This document shows, piece by piece, positions 27,064 to 37,800 of a DNA stretch of 64,000 bases. A program made the translations under genes and the position numbers. Under the pieces are notes generated by a model. The model saw nothing but the letters and a program-made list of their open reading frames with translations. It was not told where the DNA came from and did no database searches. The stretch spans positions 256,001 through 320,000 of the forward strand of contig CAVSGO010000003.1 in NCBI GenBank assembly GCA_963727525.1, given 5' to 3'. Each line of letters starts with the position of its first letter. Position 1 is the stretch's first letter. Source of the DNA: an uncultured bacterium. Its GTDB lineage: Bacteria; Krumholzibacteriota; Krumholzibacteriia; LZORAL124-64-63.

Positions 27064-29151
27064 ATGCGTCTGAACCGTAATGCCCTGATCGCGCTGGTCC
27101 TGCTCGTCGCCGGCTTATTGCCGTATGCGCGCGCGCTGGCCGAGGACAAGGATCCGTATGCCTGGCTCGAGGATGTCGAGGGGAAGAAGGCCCTCGAGTG
27201 GGTGAAGAAGCGTAGCGACAAGGACACCGCCGAGCTCGAGAAGGTGCCGGAGTTCGCGTCCATGCACGAGGAGTTGCTGAAGATCTACAACTCGCGCGAC
27301 CGCATCCCCTTTGCGGGGATCGACGGGGCCTGGCTCTACAATTTCTGGCAGGACGCTGACCATGTGCGCGGCATCTGGCGTCGCACGTTCCTCGACTCGT
27401 ACGTGCAGGCCGATCCGCAGTGGGAGACGGTGCTCGACGTCGACGCCCTGGCCGAGAAGGAGGGCGAGAACTGGGTGTGGCACGGGGCCGAGGGGTTGCC
27501 GCCGGACTACAGCCGCTTCCTGGTCACGCTGTCGCGTGGTGGCGGCGACGCGGCCGTCACTCGCGAGTTCGACGCCATCGCCAAGGACTTCGTGAAGGAT
27601 GGCTTCACCGTCCCCGAGGCCAAGGCGGAGGTGTCGTGGAAGGATGCCGACACTGTCTGGATCGGCACGGATTTCGGCGAGGGTTCGCTCACGACGTCGG
27701 GCTATCCGCGCATCGTCAAGCTGTGGAAGCGCGGCACGCCGCTCAGCGCGGCGAAGACCGTGTTTGCCGGCGAGGAATCCGATGTGTCGGTTGGCGCCGG
27801 TACCAACGTCACGCCCGAGGGAACCTACGACGTGGTCTATCGTTCGCCGGCGTTCTTCCGCGCCACCAGCTATCTGGTACTCGGCGGCAAGCTCGTGAAG
27901 ATCGACGTGCCCGACGACGCGCAGATGCGCGGCATCTTCAAGAACCACATGATGCTCTCCCTGCGGTCCGACTGGACCGTTGGCGGCACCACCTATCCGC
28001 AGGACGCCCTGCTGGCCATCGATCTCGACCGCTTCCTGGCCGGCGATCGCGATTTCACCGTGCTCTTCCATCCCGAGGAGCGCGTGTCCCTCGACCAGGT
28101 GCGCACCACCCGCGACTTCCTGCTGCTCTCCACCCTCGACAACGTGCGTGGGCGCCTCTACAAGCTCACGCCCGGAGATAAGGAGTGGGCGCGCGAGGAG
28201 ATCGCCCTGCCCGGCCTGGGCTCGGTGGGCATCGGTTCCACGACCGACGTCGACAACACCTTCATGTTCACCTACAACGACTTCCTCACGCCGCCCAGCC
28301 TGTATCTCGTGCGCGACGGTGAGGAACCGCAGGCGATCAAGACCATGCCCGCGTTCTTCGACATCGACGGTATGGCGGTGAAGCAATACGAGGCCACGTC
28401 GAAGGACGGCACCAAGATCCCGTACTTCGTCTTCATGCCCAAGGGTTTCACGGCCAATGGCAAGAACCCGACGGTGCTCTACGGGTACGGCGGTTTCGAG
28501 ATCTCCCTCGAGCCCAACTACTCCGCGACCACCGGCAAGGCCTGGGTGAGTCGCGGTGGCGTGTACGTGCTCGCGAATATCCGCGGCGGTGGCGAGTTCG
28601 GCCCCAAGTGGCACCAGGCCGCCATGAAGGAGAAGCACCAGAACGCGTTCGACGACTTCATCGCGGTTGCCGAGGACCTCATCGCCCGCCACATCACGTC
28701 GTCCGAACACCTGGGCATCATGGGCGGATCCAACGGCGGCCTGCTCGTGGGGGCCTGCTTCGTCCAGCGTCCCGAGCTGTTCGGCGCCGTGGCTTGCCAG
28801 GTGCCGTTGCTGGACATGAAGCGCTACAGCCACCTTCTGGCCGGCGCGAGCTGGATGGCCGAGTACGGCAACCCGGACACCGACGACTGGAACTACATGA
28901 AGACGTGGTCGCCGTACCAGAATCTCGACAAGAACAAGACCTACCCCAAGGTCTTCTTCTACACGTCCACCCGCGACGACCGCGTGCACCCGGGCCACGC
29001 CCGCAAGATGGTGGCCAAGATGACCGACATGGGCAAGCCCGTGTATTACTATGAAAACACCGAGGGCGGCCACTCGGCCGGCGCCAACCTCAATCAGCGC
29101 GCCTACATGATGGCGCTGACCTACGCGTATTTCTGGAAGATGCTGCGGTAG
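27064..29151 (+). CDS. Prolyl oligopeptidase (S9A), exported
   Basis: Signal peptide; DPYAWLE, YGYGGF, NIRGGGEFG, GGSNGG (Ser), DDRVHP (Asp), EGGH (His). Confidence 0.95.
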   Translation: MRLNRNALIALVLLVAGLLPYARALAEDKDPYAWLEDVEGKKALEWVKKRSDKDTAELEKVPEFASMHEELLKIYNSRDRIPFAGIDGAWLYNFWQDADHVRGIWRRTFLDSYVQADPQWETVLDVDALAEKEGENWVWHGAEGLPPDYSRFLVTLSRGGGDAAVTREFDAIAKDFVKDGFTVPEAKAEVSWKDADTVWIGTDFGEGSLTTSGYPRIVKLWKRGTPLSAAKTVFAGEESDVSVGAGTNVTPEGTYDVVYRSPAFFRATSYLVLGGKLVKIDVPDDAQMRGIFKNHMMLSLRSDWTVGGTTYPQDALLAIDLDRFLAGDRDFTVLFHPEERVSLDQVRTTRDFLLLSTLDNVRGRLYKLTPGDKEWAREEIALPGLGSVGIGSTTDVDNTFMFTYNDFLTPPSLYLVRDGEEPQAIKTMPAFFDIDGMAVKQYEATSKDGTKIPYFVFMPKGFTANGKNPTVLYGYGGFEISLEPNYSATTGKAWVSRGGVYVLANIRGGGEFGPKWHQAAMKEKHQNAFDDFIAVAEDLIARHITSSEHLGIMGGSNGGLLVGACFVQRPELFGAVACQVPLLDMKRYSHLLAGASWMAEYGNPDTDDWNYMKTWSPYQNLDKNKTYPKVFFYTSTRDDRVHPGHARKMVAKMTDMGKPVYYYENTEGGHSAGANLNQRAYMMALTYAYFWKMLR

Positions 29152-29176
29152 GACGCCGTCGCATCACGGGGACACG

Positions 29177-29204
29177 GCGGGGCGCTCCATTCGGGGCGCC
29201 CCGC
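29177..29204 (+). terminator. GC hairpin after the peptidase gene
   Basis: GCGGGGCGCTCC-ATTC-GGGGCGCCCCGC. Confidence 0.5.
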
Positions 29205-29584
29205 GTCGTTCGGCGACTCAGGACCGCGCCGCCACCTACCGCGCATCCACTCCCTTGAGCGGCAGCCACAGGCAGAAGCCCACCTCGGCGCCGAGGGCGG
29301 AGGCGTGAGGGCGGGATGGCAACAAGGCGAATCCGTGTCGATGTGGTCGAAGGATCACGGCCAGGCGCGACGGGAAGTGCCTGGTCGCCGCCGGTCTGAC
29401 CTTGCGAATTGCGCGGGGCGCGGGTGACGCGCGCGGAATGCGACCGCGTCGCGGTCCCTCCGCTGGTGTCAGTGGCCACGATGTGCCATCGCGAGGAACG
29501 CCACGCATGACCAGCGCGAGAACGGCACGGAAGTTGGACCGCGTCGCTCGGCATACTGATGTTCGTTGCGAAGTTCGAGGAGAT

Positions 29585-30451
29585 ATGAAGCGATCCGTAC
29601 GCCCGTACTTGCCCATACTCGCGCTACTGCTGGCTCTTCCGCCCGCGCGCGTGACGGCTGACGAGTACTCGCGGCGCCTGACCCGCGTGCCGCCGCCATC
29701 TGCCCCGCGGCCGTCGGACGAGGCGCCGGTGCCGGCACCGGTGCCGCCGGCGCCGCAAGCCGCCCTGCCGAGCATCGTGCGTCCCTCCGTCGCGAAACCG
29801 GCGCTGCTCGAACCGGCATACGAGGTGGCCGGCCTGGGACGTGGCAACGTCGTCAGCTTCCAGGTGGCGGCCACGGATGCCGTGGTCTGGCAACTCGTCG
29901 TGCGCGAGGTGGACGGGCCCGTGGCGCAGATCTTCTCGGGGGAGGGTGCTCCCCCACCCCGGATCAACTGGGATGGCCGTCTCATCGACGGCGGCCTGGC
30001 GTGGTGCGCGCTGACCTACACCTACGACCTGTACTACACCGATGCGGCCGGTGAGGATGGTACCGTCGCCGGCTCCGATTTCACGCTTCCGGCATACACG
30101 CGCGAGGATCCCCAGGGCGTGACGTTCCTCATCCCCGGCGACCAGCTCCGGCCGGGCCACGGCCCGCAGGCCACGCCGGCCGGCGACACCGCGGCGGCGG
30201 CACGCTCACGGCTGGCTCCGGTGGCGGGGCGGCTCGATCGTGCCCCCGACCGGATCACGATCCGCATCGAGGTGTTCGCCCGCGACGCCGGATCGGCCCA
30301 GGATCTCGGCGAGGCGGTACGCGTGGCGCTCCTCGCCCTGCTCGAGCGTCGCGATCGCGCGATCGAACTGTACGTGGGTGATGCGCCGGCGGCGCCAGCG
30401 GCGGGAACGATCGCGATCACCACCGTGCCCGTGTCACCGGGAGCGAGCTAG
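29585..30451 (+). CDS. Exported hypothetical protein (Pro-rich linker, FlgD-like WDG domain, possible [10 protein letters not shown] OmpA-like C-terminus)
   Basis: AGGAG RBS; signal peptide; WQLVV...SGEGAPPPRINWDGR. Confidence 0.65.
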   Translation: MKRSVRPYLPILALLLALPPARVTADEYSRRLTRVPPPSAPRPSDEAPVPAPVPPAPQAALPSIVRPSVAKPALLEPAYEVAGLGRGNVVSFQVAATDAVVWQLVVREVDGPVAQIFSGEGAPPPRINWDGRLIDGGLAWCALTYTYDLYYTDAAGEDGTVAGSDFTLPAYTREDPQGVTFLIPGDQLRPGHGPQATPAGDTAAAARSRLAPVAGRLDRAPDRITIRIEVFARDAGSAQDLGEAVRVALLALLERRDRAIELYVGDAPAAPAAGTIAITTVPVSPGAS

Positions 30452-30464
30452 CCTGACGCGACGG

Positions 30465-31334
30465 TCAGTCATGGAGCAACCGGGCCAGCTCGACCAGGCG
30501 CGCGAGCACCGTCTCGGATCGTTCAACCGCATTGTCGAGGCCATGGATCTCGTACGGGCCTTCGTGGTACATGATCTCCGTGCGCGTGACGCCGAGCACG
30601 CCTTCGCGCGTGTACACCTGTGGCTGGGAGATCGCGAAGTCGGCCATGGCGTCCAGGAACGCCGGTGTCAGCGATTCGCGGACGGCATCGGCGGGCTCGC
30701 CTCGGACGAGGAAATGGCGGTCGAAGCGTTCGTGGCCGATCCGGATGTCGTGCCCCGGGTTCAGGCCGAAATGGTGGGCGAGGGTGGCGTACCAGCGCTC
30801 CTTGTCGATGCGCAGGTCGAACGGTAGCGGCTGGGGGAAGAAAACCTCGATGCGCAGGTAGGTGGCCGGCGTCGGATTGGCACCGATCCCGGGAATCCGC
30901 GCCGGCATGACCTGCGACACCAGATCGACACGTACGAGGAATCCGTCGCGATACTCGCGCAGCTCCTGCGCCGCGTGTGTGGGCGTGAGTGCCTGCAGCT
31001 CGCGGTTCATGGCCGCGAGTTCGCCCCGATCGAGGAAGAACGACTCGCAGCGCGGACACGCGTCGAACACGATGTCGGAGAACGCGAGCAGGTTGACCTT
31101 GCGCATCGCCTCGCCGTCGCAGCGCGGGCAATGCCGTACCGCGTGGTCGTCGTTGTGGAGATTCTCGTCGAGGGAGCAGTACTCGATATCGCCGGCCAGA
31201 CCGGTGGCCAGGACGTTCAGCTCGTCCTTGTCGAGGAAGATGCCGCCACAGTGCGGGCAGCGGTCACTCGTGAAGTCGGGTTCGGTCACACGCTTCATTG
31301 GCGTGCCGCAGGCGGGGCAGGTTCGATTGGCCAT
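30465..31334 (-). CDS. Tandem zinc-ribbon (zf-TFIIB-like) domain protein
   Basis: AAGGAGG RBS; CPAC...DRCPHCGGIFLDKDEL and CPRC...DACPRCESFFLDRGEL. Confidence 0.8.
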   Translation of the reverse strand: MANRTCPACGTPMKRVTEPDFTSDRCPHCGGIFLDKDELNVLATGLAGDIEYCSLDENLHNDDHAVRHCPRCDGEAMRKVNLLAFSDIVFDACPRCESFFLDRGELAAMNRELQALTPTHAAQELREYRDGFLVRVDLVSQVMPARIPGIGANPTPATYLRIEVFFPQPLPFDLRIDKERWYATLAHHFGLNPGHDIRIGHERFDRHFLVRGEPADAVRESLTPAFLDAMADFAISQPQVYTREGVLGVTRTEIMYHEGPYEIHGLDNAVERSETVLARLVELARLLHD

Positions 31335-31854
31335 GCGCGTCGTCCTCCTTTCGTCATGAGAGCCTTCGCGTGGGCCCAGCATTCGCGAGATTTGTACGAT
31401 TTTCCAGTGTCCAGACGGCGGCGCGTCCGTCGGCCTGCAGATGATGCGGGATGAATCCCACCGCGGAGTCGGATAGTGCGAGTCCCACCTGGCTCGCGTC
31501 GTCGTTGCGGTCGCCGCGTGGGCGTCGGTCGCACGATGCCGACCGTTGCCTGAATGTGGTGCGTGCGGACATCCCCATGGCCTCCCCCTCGCGCGAGACT
31601 CCATATCCAGCGCGACGCGTCAGACGCGACCGCGTGACCATATCCGATCAAACGGACCGTGACTACAGAACTCTCGCGGGCGGTGGCGCGCATGACCACC
31701 CGCGAACTGGACCGTTTCAATCCGAAACGTTTGCGCAGGCTCGCAAGTCGGCGCAATGCCATGGCATCGCGATCCCAGATATGAGATAATCGCGCTGGCG
31801 CCGGGGATGCCGCCTAGCCTGGGGATTACGCCACGCGAACGAAAGCGACGATCC

Positions 31855-34800
31855 ATGAAGTCCACCCACCGGATCTTCGTGAGGCTGCTGCTTGCAGCGG
31901 CCTCGGTCTCTCTTGCACTGTCTGCCAGTGCGACCGATCAGATCGGGATCTTCTTCGATTCCGAAGGTACCGTGACCACGGCCACCACCACCGCGCCCAT
32001 GCAGGTGCTCACGGCCTACGTCATGCTGATGGATCCGCCGAGCAGCGGGGGCATCACGGGCTGGGAATGCGAGCTCTCCATCCTCACCGATGGGCCCGAT
32101 CCGCAGTTCACATGGACATTGCCACCGACGTCGCTGAACATCGCCACGCCGCCGCGTTTCGCGGTGGGCATCGGGACGCCGTTGCCGGCGGGCCCGCGCG
32201 TTGTGCTCGCCACCGCGACGATCCTCGTGCCGGAGGCGGGCCAGACGATCGACTTCCACATCAGCGCCTACGACCCACCCTCGCTTCAGGATCCGCCGGC
32301 CTCGGGCTATTACCTCTGGCAACCGATCTACAACCACGGCGCGCTGCGCACCCTCGATCCGCTCACCCAGGCGAGCGGCTGCGAGAGCCTGCCCGTCGCG
32401 CGCATCAACCCCGGGGATGATGTGCCGTCGCCGGTTCTGACGGGACCGGCGCGCGTGTGCTTCGACGATGGCGGAGCGGCGTTCCAGGAGTTTGCGGGGC
32501 AGTTCGTCAATCCCACGGATCGGCCGTTCGCGGGCGTGGTGACGATCAGTGGCAACGGATACCAGATCGCGCACGGCGACGGCGCGTACATGACGGAGCC
32601 CACGTGGCTGCATCTGGCCCCCGGCGAGTCGAAGAACCTGCGCGTGTACCTGACCAACGCGCCGGGTACCCCCCAGGTCGGCCAGATCACCGTCACGTCG
32701 TGCGATGGCGAGATCTTCCAGTGCGTTGTGTCCGATGACTGCGCGGGTAGCGCAGACGTGTACTTCGACCCATCCTCGCTCGCGTTCGGGCCAGTGCCGG
32801 TAGGAACGACGGTGTGGCAGCAGAGCGAGCTGATCAACGCCACCGACACGCCCGTGACGATCTCCCTGAGCGAACTCGCGGAGAATCCCGCCTTCGAGAT
32901 CGCGGCACCGCTGGAGTTCGATCTCCCGGCGCTAGGGCAGGCCACGGTGAGTGTCGGGTTTCACCCGCAGGCCGAGGGCGCCACGAGCATGACCGTCGCC
33001 ACCGGCGTTGCCGGAGCCGAACTGGCATGCACGGGCACCGGCCTGCCGTCCTGCGAGCTCATGATGCCGCAGGCCGGATACTTCGGCGTCATCTTCGTCG
33101 GAGACACCGTGACGCAGACCTTCGCCGTGGCGAACACCTCGGCGATCACGATCGCGGGCGACGTCGCCCTGGCGACAACGGGTACCGATTTCGCGATCAC
33201 CGCGGGCGGCGGGCCGTTCAGCCTCGCGCCGGGCGACACGTTACACGGCGAGGTGACGTTCGCTCCGCAGAGCGACGGGCCCCAGGCCACGACGCTGCTC
33301 GCGGGCGCGAACTGCGACATCGATCTCACCGGAACAGGCGTGCCCGTCGTCGAGGAGTGCGCGCTCACGCCGACCACGCTCGACTTCTCCAACGTCGCGC
33401 CCGGCGGCTCCCGCACCCTCGGCGTCACCGTCACGAACACGGGCAACGTACCCCTGGAGATCGCGCCGGTGCCGCCGGCCGCGCCCTTCGCCATCGCGAG
33501 CAACGGGGATCCCGCCACGCTCGCGCCGGGCACGAGCCGTGTGGTCGGCGTGCGCTTCTCGCCCGACGCGGAGGGTCTCTACGCCGGTACTCTGGATCTG
33601 GGCGCCAGTGCCTGCGCGAGCGTGCCGCTCTCCGGAGTGGGTGCAGATCCGGCCCAGCTCGAGCAGGTGGGCGTGTTCTTCGACGCCGACGGCACCCTCA
33701 CCGAGACGACGACGACGGCCCCGGGGCAGGAGGTCACGGCCTACGTCGTGCTGATCAATCCGCACGCGGCGGAGGACATCACGGGCTGGGAGTGCCGGTT
33801 CTCCGTCTTTACGGACGGCCCCGATCCGGACATCCTCTGGGAGGTCGCCGGAAACGGCCTCAACATCGGTACGCCGCCGGCCTTCGCCGTGGGACTCGGC
33901 ATTCCGCTGCCATGGGCGTCGCGCGTCGTCCTCGCCACCGCGCGGATCACGGTGCCGGAGGCGGGGCAGAGCATCGACTTCCATGTCGGCGCCTACGACC
34001 CGCCGTCCCTGCGCCAGCCGCCAGGCTCCATGTACTATCTCTGGCAGCCCGTCTACAACCATGGTCCGTTGCGCACACTCGACCTCATGACATCGGCCAG
34101 CGGGTGCGAGAGTCTGCCGACGGCGCGTATCAATCCTGTCGCCGCCCCCACGGAACCGGCGCTGATCGGCCCGCTGCGCGTGTGCTTCGATGACGCCCTG
34201 GCCGGCGACCAGCCGCTGACGGTTCAGCTCATCAACCCCACCACGGTGCCGATCGCCGCCGAGCTGAGCATGGCGGGAACCGGCCCCCTGCGCGTGGCGC
34301 ACCATGGCGGCGCGCTCACGGATCAGACCACATGGATCCGCCTGGAGCCGGGCGAGACGATGGAACTCCAGGTCGTCCTCACCAATACGCCCGGGCAGCA
34401 CCAGCAGGGCAATCTCGTCGTGTCCACCTGCGACGGCGCCATCTTCACGGTGCCCTACGACGATAGCTGCACCGATGGTGGCGGGCTCTACTTCGATCCT
34501 GATCAGCTCGCGTTCGGCAACGTGACGGTGGGTGCCACGGTCGCGCTGTCCACACCGCTGTACAACAACACGGCGTCGCCCATCGCGGTGTCGCTGAGCG
34601 AGGTCCAGGACAATCCGGCCTTCGTGATCACGCCGCCGCTGGCGTACGAGATCGCCCCGTTCGACAGCGCCGTCGTCACCGTGAACTTCGCCCCCCAGAC
34701 CCTCGGGGCGACGTCCGTGGTCGTCACGACCGGCGCCACCGGAGCCTTGCTGGCCTGCGCGGGTACGGGCACGCCCGCGTGTGCCGTCGGAGCGCCCCAG

Positions 34801-37800
34801 GGTGCCGATTTCGGCGAGGTTCCCCAGGGCACCAGCCTGACGCGCCCCTTCGCCGTGATCAACACGACCGCCGAGCCCATCGCCGGCGACATCGTTCTCG
34901 CCAATGCGAACACGGACTTCACGATCACCCTCGGTGCCGGCGCCTTCGCGCTGGCGCCCGGCGACACGCACCACGTGGAAGTGACCTTCGCCCCCCGGGT
35001 GTACGGCGAACAGACGAACCTGCTGCAAGCCGGCGCGCTCTGCGAGCTGGCGATCACCGGCGTGAGCCACGACTTCACGGGCGCGTGCGAGATCACGCCC
35101 GAGGTCGTGGATTTCGGCGCCGTGCTGGTCGACGTGCCGACCACCCGCGCGCTCACCATCCACAACGCCGGGTCGCTGCCGTTCACCGTCGATCTGCAGC
35201 TCGCGTCACCCGTGTTCTCCATCGTGTCCGGCGGCGGTGTGCACGAGATCGCGCCCAGCGGCAACCTCGTCGCTAGCGTGCGCTGCCTCGCGACCGATAT
35301 CGGTGACTTCACGGCGACCATCGCTGTCGGCTCGCCCTACTGCGCCACCGTGCCCGTGCAGGCATCGGCCGCGCCGCCGACCCCCGACTGCGACTGGAAC
35401 GGCGCCACCGTCGCCGATTTCGGCAACGTGGCCGTGGGGCTCACCACGACGCAGTCGATCGTCTACCGCAACACGGGCAACGTGAGTCTCACGGATGTGA
35501 CCTTCACGGCCCAGGGTGCGGGATTCTCGATCGTGTCGGGTGGCGGTCCGGTGAGCATCCCGCCCGGGCAGACCCAGGACATCACCGTGCAGTTCGCGCC
35601 GGCGCAGCAAGCCGCCTACACCGGAGCACTGGTGCCGAGCACCGACGCCTGCGATCCGCTCCCGCTGCAGGGCGTGGGCGCTCCGCCGCCGCCGCCGGGA
35701 TCGATCCTGATGGCGTTCGATACCAACGGGATCGACACGCGCGCCACGACCACGGCCCCCAACCAGACGGTGACGGCCTACCTGCTCATGGCCGAGTCGT
35801 CCATTCCGGATCTGATCTACGGCTGGGAGTGCACCGTGCAGATCACGACCGGCGGTCCGCAACCGGTCGTCATCTGGGAACTCGCGGGCGTCAACCCGCT
35901 GAACATCGGCACACCGCCGGAGTTCATCGTCGGTCTGCAGTTGCCGATGCCCCACGGCGTCGTCGTGGTACTCGCCACGGCGACGATCGTCGTGCCCGAT
36001 CCCGATAGCGAGATCGAGTTCCGGATCCTCTCGGTGCCGCGTCCGTCCGTCGTGTCGCCGCCGGGATATCCCGTGGAACTGCCCGCGTGGGCCGGCGCGC
36101 CGGGACACATCTTCTCGCTGACGCCGGCGTCCGGCTGCTCCGGCGAGCCGGTGGCCTGGATCAACGACAACGACCTGCCGGTACCGCAGAACATCACCAC
36201 CGACGACGTCGCCGCATTCGGCGCCGTGTCCGTGGGCGGCGAGGCCACGCGCACCGTGACCCTGACGAACAATACCTCCATCACCACGAGCGGCGTGCTC
36301 TCCCTCACCGGCGACGCCTACGCCTTCCGCCACGGCGATGGCGACTGGACCACCGAGCCCGTGTGGTGCCGCCTGGATCCCGGCGAGAACCTCGATCTCG
36401 ACGTGCGCTTCGCGCCCACGGTGTCGGGCCCACAGTTCGGCGACATCGTGCTGGAAGGATGCGGTCCGGTGTTCGCCGCGGCGCTCTCCGGTGGCGGGGG
36501 CGAGGCACCACCTGCCGCCCTCGCACCCAATCCCCTCGAGTTCGGCATCACCTCGTTGAACTCCGGCGTCGAGCACGCCTGCACCGTGACCAATTCGGGT
36601 TCCACGTCACTCGATTTCGCGCCCTTCGTCGTCGAGAGCGACGGCTTTGCGCTCGTGGACGATACGCCGTTCACCCTGCCGGCCGGCGGCAGCCAGGATC
36701 TCGCGGTGCGCTTCTCCGCCACGTCGCCGGGCCTTCATCTCGGCCGCGTGGCCCTTGGCCAGTCCCTCGCGCCGGATCTCCTCGTGCACGGCATGGCCCT
36801 GATCGCCACCGGCGAATGCCTGGTCACGCTCGACGGGAACGGATCCGGCGACTGCGGCAACGTCGTCGTCGGCTATCCCGTCACCCGGGTGGCCACGATC
36901 CTCAACATCGGTGATGACCCCATCGACGGCTTCATCGGCTTCGAGGGCGCCACCGACGTGTTCACGATCACGGACGGTGGCGGCTTCGTGGAACTCGCGC
37001 CCGGCGGGAATCACGAGGTGACGATCGAGGTCGCGCCCCAGGAGCCCGGCGACTACGGCGCCACGCTGGTATCGCTAGGCGGTTGCAGCACCGTCGGGTT
37101 CCACGTGGTGGGACTACCGGCCATCACGGCGTGCGCCGTATCGCCCGTGGCGATCGACTTCGGCGCCGTGATCGTCGACACCACGGCCACGGTCGTCGTG
37201 ACGGTGAAGAACACCGGCACGTTGCCGCTCGACCTCGATCCCGAGCTGCCGGCAGGTCCCTTCGTCATCACGGCAGGAGGCGATCCCGTGGTGCTCGCGG
37301 CCGCGGACTCGGTGCTGGTGCGGCTTGCGTTCACCCCGCCGGCGCTGGAGTCGTACAGTGCCACGCTCACTCTCGGGGCCGATGCCTGCTCGTCGGTACC
37401 GCTATCCGGCTCGGGACGACCCTGGGGCGGGCTCTGCGTGCTCGAGCCAGAGGTCCTCGACGGCGGCACCACGCCGGCGAACATTCCCGTGCTGATCACA
37501 CTGACCGTGCGCAACGAGGGCGAGGACTCGTTCGCCATCGATCCGGTGCTCGACTCGCCGGTCTTCACGCTCATCGATGGCGTGGGGGTGTCCACGATCG
37601 ACCCCGGGTACCAGCGCGCGATCACCGTGCGCTTCGTCGCGGGCGCCCCTGGCGACTACACCGGCGAACTCGACCTGCAAACGGACGGTTGCCCGGTGGT
37701 GCCTCTCATCGCCACGGCCACCGCGCCGGTGGTTGCGTGCGACTGGGGCGGCCTCGAGGATCTCGACTGGGGCCCTCTGCCCAGCGGCGGCATCTACACC

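Noticed and set aside
31335-31854. Long intergenic region as an ncRNA or mobile element
   Set aside because: No convincing repeats, terminal inverted repeats or known RNA consensus
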